A DNA stretch of 64,000 bases from Octopus sinensis (lineage: Eukaryota), in NCBI RefSeq assembly GCF_006345805.1, contig NC_043011.1, positions 7,254,001-7,318,000 on the forward strand. Reading direction: 5' to 3'. The translations under genes and the position numbers were made by a program. How positions within the stretch are numbered: the stretch's first letter is position 1; every line of letters begins with the position of its first letter. The notes under the pieces were generated by a model. It had not been told where the DNA came from. It saw only the letters and a list, made by a program, of their open reading frames with translations, and made no database searches. Shown here piece by piece: positions 54,270 through 64,000 of the stretch.

Positions 54270-55260
54270 ACATAACAGACCTTTGGAAATATGCAGTGCG
54301 TGAGAAGACCCGGCAAGCCAAGTGAGACCATAACCCATGGCCTATGCCAGGGGTGTAACCAGTCCACTTATGCATACCTTTCCTTCAATGGACACTAAAC
54401 TCTGCTTGCGAAGACCTGTTGAGGCATGTGAAATCGAAATCAAATAAAATTCGCAAATTCAATGACTGGCACCTGTGCCAGTGGAGCTCTAAGAGCAACA
54501 TCCGAGTGTGATCGTTGCCAGAGCAGCTGACTGGCTTCCATGCCGGTGGCACGTAAAAAGCACCATTCAAATGGGATCGTTACCAGCATTGCCTTACTGG
54601 CACATGAAAAACACCTTGAGTGTGGCCATTGCCAGTACTGTTTGACTGGCCCTCGTGTCGGTGGCATGTAAAAGCACCCACTACACTCTCGGAGTGGTTG
54701 GTGTTAGGAAGGGCATCCAGTTTGTAGAAACTCTGCCAGATCAGATTGGAGCCTGGTGCAGCCAACTGGTTTGCCAGTCCTCAGTCAAATCGTCCAACCC
54801 ATGCTAGCATGGAAAGCGGATGTTAAACGATGATGATGATGATATATATATATATATATCCCCCTGGCACCTGTGCAGGTGGAACGTAAAAACCACCCAC
54901 TACACTCACGGAGTGGTTGGCGTTAGGAAGGGCATCCAGCTGTAGAAACACTGCCAGATCAGACTGGAGCTTGGTGCAGCCCCTGGCTTCCCAGACCCCG
55001 GTCGAACCGTCCAACCCGTGCTAGCGCGGAAAACGGACGTTAAACGATGATGATGATGATGATGTTGATCAGCATCATCATCACCATCATCATCATTATT
55101 TATCGTCCGGTGTCCATGCTGGCATGGGTTGGACGGTTTGGTCAGAGCTGGCAAGCTGAGGGACTACACCAGATTCCAGTCTGATTTGGCATGGATGCCC
55201 TTTCTAACAATTCCGAGACTCCGAGAGTGTAATGGGTGCTTTTATGTGCCACCGGCATGG
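54270..55260. mobile_element. Stack of RTE 3' tails (two on +, one on -)
   Basis: Tails at 54270-54840(+), 54860-55060(+) and 55090-55260(-), separated by (GAT)n/(TA)n. Confidence 0.75.
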
Positions 55261-55950
55261 GTACTAGTTGCATGGCAACTATATATATATATATATATAA
55301 TATATATATATATTATATATATATATACATATAGTCTTTATCATATATATATATATATATATATATTTAGACACACACACACACACACACACAGACTTTA
55401 TTGAAAATAATAATCTGATATAATTTAGATAATCTAATAATAACATATAACACGTATGTTTGTGATACATATTATAATACAAAACCGTATTAAACTACCA
55501 AAACCGAACGAAATAAACACAAACATAAGTGAAGAAAGAAATGAAAAAAAGAAAAGAAAGAGAAAAAGAGGAAGAAAGAAAGAAAAAGAAAGAAACATCA
55601 TCGATTCAATTTTCTTCAATTGGTTGCATTCCACAAGGTTTATTTAGAACTGAAATTTTCAATATAATTTTTATAATATCCACCTAAGCATAAATCTATT
55701 AATGTAGGTTTTTTACTTAGGTGCTTTTCTTTTAATCTTTTAATTTTATTTCGTGTTTTTTAGCGCCTTTCAGCTTTGGAAACAAGGCTAATAATGTTGA
55801 ATTGGCAATCCTAGACTAAGTGAATTCACAAGTTTACTTTATAACTATCTTCGAGAGTTTTGTCCCTTCAATAATTCTTTAACCAGTTATCTCCCTTCCA
55901 CACATAGCAAAAGAGAGAGAGTTAATATATAAACTGAAAAATACGTTTGT

Positions 55951-56050
55951 ACAGTACAGGATCCCTTACACGGGTTCCAGAAATCCGGAATGTTCAGAAA
56001 TCCGGAATGTTCAGAAATCCGGGAAATACTTTAGACAATCCGGTGCAATA
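55951..56050 (+). repeat. 17-bp tandem repeat, possibly a pogo/Tigger-like MITE end
   Basis: cagaaatccggaatgtt x2.5 after tacagtacagg; no partner TIR found. Confidence 0.35.
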
Positions 56051-56379
56051 CTGCATTCTGTATTGAGTAAACAGACTCTGTTTTCGAAGTTGGTTATTTT
56101 GCATACAGTGTGTTTAAAATAGTTTTGTCTTTATTTTAGGTATATTAATAAAAATTAAACATACTCTGCCTTAGAATTGTATTAATGTACATCTGTATCT
56201 TTTACCTGTATCATATTCTTTACTTTTCTTCGTCTAATTTTCATCCTATAATCATTACACTGTATACATAGTACAATATAATGTATTCTAAGTGTATTAC
56301 TAACTATCTAATATGCCTTGCTTTAAAAAGTATTAACCCATTTGTGCTAAAATTTTTCTAGAGAATGAAAATTGTTGCT

Positions 56380-57052
56380 ATCTGGTGAAGCCCACACAGG
56401 CCACTTTTGCCGTGATGACCACAATAGAATGGGGAGAGCTCATATCCAGACAATTGTGTTTCACTCCATGACATTCATTGCAGTATGTATGGCAATGACG
56501 AAAGGAAATGATGAAAGCCCGAGACCTCTGGAGATATGCTGTGAATGAGAAGACACGGCAAGGAAAGTGAGATCACAGCCGTAGCCTACACCAGTGTCGC
56601 TTAAGAGGCCCATTTAAAAAGTACCTTTGAATCACTGGGTGACATTCCGTTCTTGGGAGATCTACTGAGTCAAATATATCAAAATAAAATGAAATCACAA
56701 TCAAATGGAAATTGTAGTTGTGGCTGTTACCAGTGCTTGTGGTATGCGATAAGCACCATTCATTCATGAGTGGGTCATTGCCAGAACCGCCTGACTGTCT
56801 CCCAGTGCCGCTGGCACATAAAATGCACCATCTGAACTTGGTTGATGCCAGCCACTCACTGCCCCAACTGGCTCCTGTGCCAGTGGCACGTAAAAAGCAC
56901 CATCCGAACGTGGTCAATGCTAGTGCCACCTGACTGGCTCCCATGCTGGTAGCACATAAACAGCACCCAGTACACTCTTAGAGTGGTTGGCGGTAGGAAG
57001 GGCATCCAGCTGTAGAAACTCTGCCAGATCAGATTGGAGCCTGGTGCAGCCT
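56380..57052 (+). mobile_element. RTE LINE 3' fragment with ~63-bp modules
   Basis: gagacctctggagatatgctgtgaatgagaagac..., modules and tail gaagggcatccagctgtagaaac. Confidence 0.7.
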
Positions 57053-57714
57053 TTTTTTTCTCGATCTTTCTTTGCACCCGTATTTTTGACACACTACGGC
57101 AGAAATTGCTTTCACCTCAATAGACATCATTGATTGGTTGGAATTGCCGAAATGCAAGAAATTAAACAACAAATAGCTTACAAACTACAGAATTTTCTCA
57201 AGAAAGCCAAGAGAAAAAGATGTTTTATAAACACATTCTACCAGTATACGAAGTCTAAAAGTGTTTAGTTACAAAGAAATTATTAAAAAAATCTGCCGGT
57301 CAAAGCGAAAAGATCCCTTGGTTTTCTTTCGGTCTTTTCTTGGTCTAATTTTGATCTTTTCTCAGTTTCGTCTCTCTGGTCATTCTTGTTTATTTTTTCC
57401 CCTTATTTTCCCCCCCTTATCCCCTCCCCCTATTTCCCCCCTTATTGCAGATCACATGGTTGGGACACAAGTGTCTTTAACCAGGATACTGCCTATAACT
57501 AATCTTCCTTCGTCGTTTGTTTTTTTCCTTCTTTCACTTCTCCTTTTTTGTTTGCTTTTGTCGAAGTTTAATCTGACACAACAACGTTTATCTCCTCCCA
57601 TTAGGGTCAACTGTCACGTACAACAGGCGTGTGTGTGTGTATGTGTGTGTGCATGCGAATGTGTTGTGTTGTGTGTGTGTGGGGGGGGGTAGATATCAGT
57701 ATTATTATCACCGT

Positions 57715-58200
57715 CAACACTACCACGACCACCAAGACTACCATGATCAATGCTATCACTCACACACACACAACTACCGCCACCACCATCACCACCACCT
57801 CCTCCTCCGCCTCTGCCGCCGCCGCCGCCACCGCCGCCGCCACCGCCGCCGCCACCACCTCCTCCTCCTCCGCCGTCACCACCACCACCACCACCTCCTC
57901 CGCCTCCGCTGCCGCAGCCACCATTACTACTATCACCACTACCACCACCTCCTCCTCCTCCGTCACCACCACCACCGCCTTCTCCGCCTCTGCCGAGCCG
58001 CCACCGCCGCCACCACCACCACCACCTCCTCCTCCTCCTCCTCCTCCGCCGTCACCACCACCACCACCACCTCCTCCTCCGCCACCATTACTACTATCAC
58101 CATCGCCACTGTAGTCGCTGCTGTCAACACTGAAGGCTGTCGTTGTTATTGTTATCGTCGTTGTTGTTGTCGTTGCTGTAGTTGTTGTTGCTGTCGTTAT
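57715..58200. repeat. Compound GC-rich trinucleotide repeat (ACC/GCC/TCC then GTT/GCT) with internal duplication
   Basis: The block ccgtcaccaccaccaccaccacctcctcc..cc...gccaccattactactatcacca recurs; all long ORFs here are homopolymeric. Confidence 0.85.
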
Positions 58201-58395
58201 TGTCATGTGACTGTGGCCATGCTGGAGCTCTGTCTTTAGTGGGACAAATCGACATCAGGATTTATTCTTTCCTAACCTAGTACTTATTCTATCGGTGACT
58301 TTTGCCAAACCACTAAGCTACGGGGACACAAACACAGCAACATCGGTTCTCAAGTGATGGTGGGGGTACAAACACAGACACACATACACATGCAC

Positions 58396-58670
58396 ACACA
58401 AATATACACATATATACTAGAGACACCTGCAAATAAAGAAATAAAGAATGACTTTTTTCTATTCCAAGAAAAACGATTTTACAAATGCACGTTCCCACGC
58501 CTTTATCGATCGCATTCTCTCCTGCAATCGATTTTTGTAACTTTTTCAAGACTTATACACGCCCTGATACCGTCGGTATCTACATATCAAATTTGAGCGT
58601 AATCGGATGGAGGATGCCCGAGATCCTAGAAGACACACACACAGACAGACAGACAGAACGGATTTTATAT

Positions 58671-58690
<20 letters not shown>
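58396..58690 (+). mobile_element. Helentron/HINE-like non-autonomous element
   Basis: Starts tactagagacacc; has atcaaatttgagcgtaatcggatg and ends acagacagacagacagaacggattttatattatatat..ag, typical of DINE-1/HINE-type ends. Confidence 0.45.
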
Positions 58691-58714
<24 letters not shown>

Positions 58715-59406
58715 ATTTACAAAAGAAACAAAAGACAAAGACGGGTGTGTAAGCAAAAAAAACAGATGTATTAGTTTATATACACACACACATATATATG
58801 GTAGCTGCCCCCTCGTTATCGGGTATGGCCATTGCACGAAGCGTAATCAATGTTGTTATCGTGCATTGACTGTACAAGAAGATTTTTTTAAAGTGAGGAA
58901 AGGCTGTGCACTGAGTCAATCCCACTCACTATGCAACAACAGCCATATTCCGAAAAGAAGAACAAGTCAACATCAGCGGTAACCACTGAGCCGCAGGTTT
59001 TATATCGGAGTTATTCCAGTTACCTGAGTTACCTTCTCCTAGAAGGATGCCCTAACAAAGGCTAGGAGTCCTTCACTCCCAATGGTTTAACTGTGCAATC
59101 GGGTATTCAGTCTGATTATTTCTATGTCCCCGTGCATGATACAGTCTGAAGACATTTATTGGATGGCCGTTGACTCTCAAGAGTTCCTCCGCCCTTTGAC
59201 GGGTTTTGTTTTTCATCCCGCAGGGTGTCCAATAAGCACCCGCCTCACCAAGCAAGCTTGGTGGGGTTGCCAGTTTAGTCGCCGATGACCTGACCATGCA
59301 ACAGGTTGTACTGGGTTACATGTTACCAGTAGCACTCGAAAGTGACCTGACATGATACACAGATATATACATATATATATACATACATACATACATATAT
59401 ATATGG

Positions 59407-59479
<73 letters not shown>

Positions 59480-59485
<6 letters not shown>

Positions 59486-59660
59486 CGGGAAGGTTACGAA
59501 AATAAACAAAAGACGAAGGCAGGTGGAGTACAACAAATAAATGTATTAGTATGGCGCTGAGGAATAGAAATAGAACAAGTCTTTTACGTTTCGATCCTAC
59601 GCTCTTCGACAGAAAGATACACAGAAAAGAAACAAGGAGAGAAAAAAATGCGTGTAGGAG
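59480..59660 (-). mobile_element. Penelope-like terminal fragment with mutated minimal hammerhead
   Basis: Minus strand 59617-59580: UCUUU-CUGUCGA-A-GAGC-guag-GAUC-GAAAC-GUA-AAAGA. Confidence 0.55.
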
Positions 59661-59826
59661 CTAATGGTCTATCATGGCGTTCTGACTTCAGGCAGAAGCC
59701 AGAGGTCAGAGGTCAGACGTTAGACACTAGAGGGATAGTAGGGGAGGTAACAGGGTCAAGTGACTTCAAAAACGAAGGTGGCCCCAACACGAAGGTGCGT
59801 GTGTGTATAAGAGAGTATGTATGTGC

Positions 59827-59870
<44 letters not shown>

Positions 59871-60139
59871 ATATACATACATACATACATATATATATAC
59901 ATATATATATGTTTTGCGTTCTTGTCCCATTTTATGTTTTTATATATATTTTTTATACATATATATATATATATATATATACACACATGCGTAGACATGT
60001 ATGGTTACACATACACACGCCATATATATATATAAACCCATGTTTGTGTATGCTTGTGTATGTAAGTTAAACTTTTAAACCACACAGCCAGGGTGCTTAC
60101 TATATATACATACACACCACACACACACACACACACACA

Positions 60140-60190
<51 letters not shown>

Positions 60191-60919
60191 ATATACATAT
60201 ATACATATGTATATGTACATACTGACATCTATACGTATATATTATGTGCATATGGGGGCACAGGACTTCATGAAACATGTACAACCAAAAAATACAAAGT
60301 ATGAGTTCATGGAATATGAACTATTTTTTCAAACAACGAAAGACACATGGAAAACAAGACAAACAATATAAAGAATGACCCTTCATTAGTTGTTGACTGT
60401 TTTTCTACTCTTGTATTTCGAGCATTTAACAACAATATATGCTTTTGATAAAACAGTTGCTCCCGCAAAGCAAATTAAATAAAATTTGGGATTTTCTGGA
60501 GGGTCAAAATTGGTAACACAAGCAGGACAGTGAAAGCAAACAGGAAGGGCTGCTAAGCCTAAATAAGGTTGTGGTGGCAAACGCATAAATCAAGCTTGGA
60601 CAGGAGACAGACAAGAACACCTCTTCCTTGTTTCAGCTACAATGGAGAGAAAGGAAGAAACACAAGTTAGGAGAAGAAAGAAAGATGACCGATGGTCATA
60701 TGGGAGCCACGTAAGCAAGTGAGGAGTAGTGAAGGAGAGAGAGGGGAGAGAGAGGCAAAGTAATAGGATAGAATAGAGGGAGAAGAGGAGGTAAAAGAAT
60801 AAGAGAGAGAAAGAGAGAAAAACAAATGAGTAAAAACATCGTATAGAGTGTGCATCAGAATTAATAAGATGAAACTTACTTAGAAGAGGATGCGTGGCGT
60901 TCAGTCATATAATAATGTA

Positions 60920-62060
60920 TTGGGTTGGCAACTAAGTTCCCGCTGTTTAAAAAAATTTTGGAATTTATTGTGTTTTTAAATTTTGGAATCTACTTTTTCG
61001 AGAATTCTATTTTTGAATCATTTTGGAATCTATTTTGTATTTTCCTAGTTAATTTTAGTTAATTTTTGTTTATTTTCAAATCATTAAAATGGAATGCCAA
61101 GTTAAGAAAAACGAGCATTTTCAACACCTGCTTCTTTTTGCTTTTAATCAAGGTTCTAAGGCCGCAAAATCTGCTCACAACATTTGTGCTGTGTATGGAG
61201 AGGGTGCCATAGCTGATAGAACCATTCGTGATTGGTATGCCAAGTTCAAAAATGGAAATTTTGACGTCAATGAAGAATGATTAAACCAACTTTTGTACAA
61301 AAATTCTCGTCAAACGACAAGGGAACTGGCAGAGAAAATGGAATGCTCCCACACTGCCATAGAGAAGCATCTTCACTCGATGGGAAAGGTTCAGAAGTAT
61401 GGAGCTTGGGTTCCGCATGCTTTAAGTGTCAACAACAAAAATCAACGAGCCACAATCTCCGCTGGTTTGCTTGCTTGTCACTGCTCAACTCATGGACACA
61501 AGCAATGATTTCTTTACCGAATCGTTACTGGCGACGAAAAATGGTGCCTATACATCAATATGAAGCAGCGTAAGGAATGGCTTAGCCCCGGTAAACAAGC
61601 GACACCATGCGTGAAACAAAATCTTCATCTGCGTAAAACGATGTTGTTTGTATAGTGGCTCTGGGAAGGGATTATCCATTGCGGATTGCTTGAATGGAAC
61701 CAAACGGTCAACGCAGAACTCTATGTTCAACAGATAGAATGACTCAACACAACTATTCAAGAAAAAAGACCTAATCGGCAGCATAGAGTTCTTCTGCTGC
61801 ACGACAATACCTGCCCTCATATCGCCAATATGACCAAGGAAGCCATTCAAGCGTTTGGGTGGGGAGTGCTGTCACACCTGCCGTACTCTCCTGATTTGGC
61901 ACCAACGGATTTCGACCTTTTCGATCTCTTTCAAATGCTATGTGTGGACTTTTGTTCAGTACTGATGCAGAATTGAGAGCTTGGTTGGATCAATTTTTCG
62001 AGTCAAAATCAGGTGATTTCTACCAACAAGGTATTGAAAATCATTGGGAAGAAGTGACAT
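60920..62060 (+). mobile_element. Mariner (DD34D) element, decayed, 3' end interrupted by an RTE tail
   Basis: TA + left TIR ttgggttggcaactaag; HTH region MECQVKKNEHFQHLLLFAFNQG, GAWVPHAL, IVTGDEKW, HDNTCPH and YSPDLAPTDF with 34 residues between the second and third Asp. Multiple stops and frameshifts; right TIR not seen. Confidence 0.9.
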
Positions 62061-62327
62061 TTTGACTGGCTTCTGTACCAGTGGCACATAAAAAGCACCA
62101 TCTGATCATGGTCGATGCCAGCTCCTCTGGCCTCTGTACCTGTGGCACGTAAAAAAGCACCCACTACACTCCCGGAGTGGCTGGTGTTAGGAAGGGCATC
62201 CAGCTGTAGAAACACAGCCAGATCAAATTGGCGCCTGGAGCAGCCTCCTGGTTTCCCAGACCCCAGCTGACCTGTCCAGCTCATGCCAGCATGAAAAACG
62301 GACATTAAACGATGATGATGATGATGA

Positions 62328-62330
<3 letters not shown>
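62060..62330 (+). mobile_element. RTE 3' tail inserted in the mariner
   Basis: gtggcacataaaaagcacc modules, gaagggcatccagctgtagaaac and (GAT)n. Confidence 0.75.
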
Positions 62331-62366
<36 letters not shown>

Positions 62367-62474
62367 GAGAGAGAGAGAATTTACAAAAAAACAAAAGACG
62401 AAGACGTGTGTGTAAACAACAAACAGATGTATTAGTTTATACACACACACATATATACACATACGTATATATAT

Positions 62475-62575
<101 letters not shown>

Positions 62576-63397
62576 ATATATATACACACACATGCGTAGA
62601 CATGTATGGTTACACATACACACCCCATATATATATATAAACCCATGTTTGTGTTTGTGTGTGCTTGTGTATGTAAGTTAAACTTCTAAAGCACACAGCC
62701 AGGTTGCTTGGTACACATTGTTTTCTTTCTACACATCATTTATTCATGTACACACACACACACACACACAGACACACAGACACTTGCTCCCTCTCTTTCA
62801 TAAGTGTCACTGCTTTTGCATTTAAGTTCTCCTGACACCTGCTACCCCCGAAGTGCTTCAATGAGCAAAGATTTTGCAAATGGCTTCTAAGAAAGAAACA
62901 CACACCCAAGGCACGCAACAATGGAACCTCTAGGCTTGACCTACAAAAACATAATAACCCAGTCTCTCTCAAATACCACCTTCCCTACCATTTTAAAAAC
63001 AGGCAGACAAGATCGGACAATATTGAACATTTAAAAATCACAGGCAAGTTATGACAGGAATGCCTTTGGTTACGGGTCAGCTCACTCAGGACTGACCTGG
63101 GGTTGAACATCGAGAATGACCAACACCAAACTGGAAGACATTTCCGTAAACAAAGACATTGTAAACTTACTCTCATGACAACCTAGTTTTTATTTTTGTT
63201 TATACAGAATGTTGACACAGTATTACAACTTGTATATCAGTAAAACAGCATTGTAACACCGCACTCCTCTTCTGTAGGGATGAGAAACGGTTAAAAGTTG
63301 CTACAACTGAAAAGGGCAACTTACACTTGTAGTAAGTGTACGTCGCTTCAAATGTTAGGCCCCACAATTTTTGCAGATTACTCAAAGCAATCTTGTA

Positions 63398-63659
63398 CAG
63401 GGTGTACAAAAAGTCTCTCTGCAGTTGAGTTTTTTTCATCCTGACTCTGCATGAGCCGGACTCTCCAAGATGTATTTCAAAACATGTGTAGAAGAGTCAA
63501 CTTATGTATTCGAAATGAAGGACGACACTTTCAACACCTCTTATAAAGTTTTTTAAAGTCTTGTAAAGTCTAATATATTCTTTTGTAGTCTTATACCATC
63601 TTAGAAATATTTATTTTGCAATAAAATACTTACTGCGGAGAGATTTTTTGAACACACTG
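63398..63659 (+). mobile_element. Internally deleted Tc1/mariner derivative
   Basis: TA-flanked imperfect TIRs cagggtgtacaaaaagtctctctgcagt / actgcggagagattttttgaacacactg; retains transposase C-terminus CRRVNLCIRNEGRHFQHLL*. Confidence 0.75.
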
Positions 63660-63679
63660 TATGTGTTTATGTATATACT

Positions 63680-64000
63680 CTTTTACTCTTTTACTCTTTT
63701 ACTTGTTTCAGTCAATTGACTGCAGCCATGCTGGAGCACCACCTTTGGTCGAGCAAATCGACCCCAGGACTTATTCTTTTTTGTAAGCCCAGTACTTATT
63801 CTATCAGTCTCTTTTGCCGAACCGCTAAGTGACGGGGACGTAAACACACCAGCATCGGTTGTCAAGCAATGCTAGGGGGACAAACACAGACACACAAACA
63901 CACCACATACATATATATATACACATATACACGACAGGCTTCTTTCAGTTTCCGTCTACCAAATCTACTCACAAGGCATTGGTCGGCCCGGGGCTATAGC
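63680..64000 (-). mobile_element. Family-B SINE cut by the window end
   Basis: Matches 17735-18127. Confidence 0.85.

Noticed and set aside
57629-58239. Poly-Pro/Thr/His ORFs
   Set aside because: All frames stay open because of trinucleotide repeats; no convincing splice sites or domain.

Overview
AT-rich eukaryotic DNA dense in microsatellites and transposons. The repeat families look like those of an octopod cephalopod (inference from recalled families, not database-checked). Most of the window is tRNA-derived SINEs (at least four families), 5'-truncated LINEs (RTE, RTE-BovB-like, CR1/L2, R4/Dong with restriction-like endonuclease), Tc1/mariner elements (one full-length DD37D maT copy, a decayed DD34D mariner, a deleted derivative), piggyBac-type TTAA MITEs, Helitron-like and hAT remnants, and Penelope-like ends carrying minimal hammerhead ribozyme motifs. 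Nearly all ORFs in the supplied track are microsatellite or repeat artefacts. The only host-gene signal is a candidate minus-strand gene starting near 37.0 kb in a CpG-rich promoter-like region. Its 20-codon signal-peptide-like first exon has candidate downstream exons at 34.4, 33.1-33.5 and 32.3-32.4 kb. Directly upstream lies a 661-bp near-perfect palindrome with 133-bp identical outer arms. Other notable structures are a 29-bp satellite expanded inside a SINE tail, head-to-tail SINE arrays linked by (ATT)n next to an (ATT)n-flanked R4/Dong LINE, and several local duplications. Repeat boundaries are approximate unless a TIR or TSD is cited.
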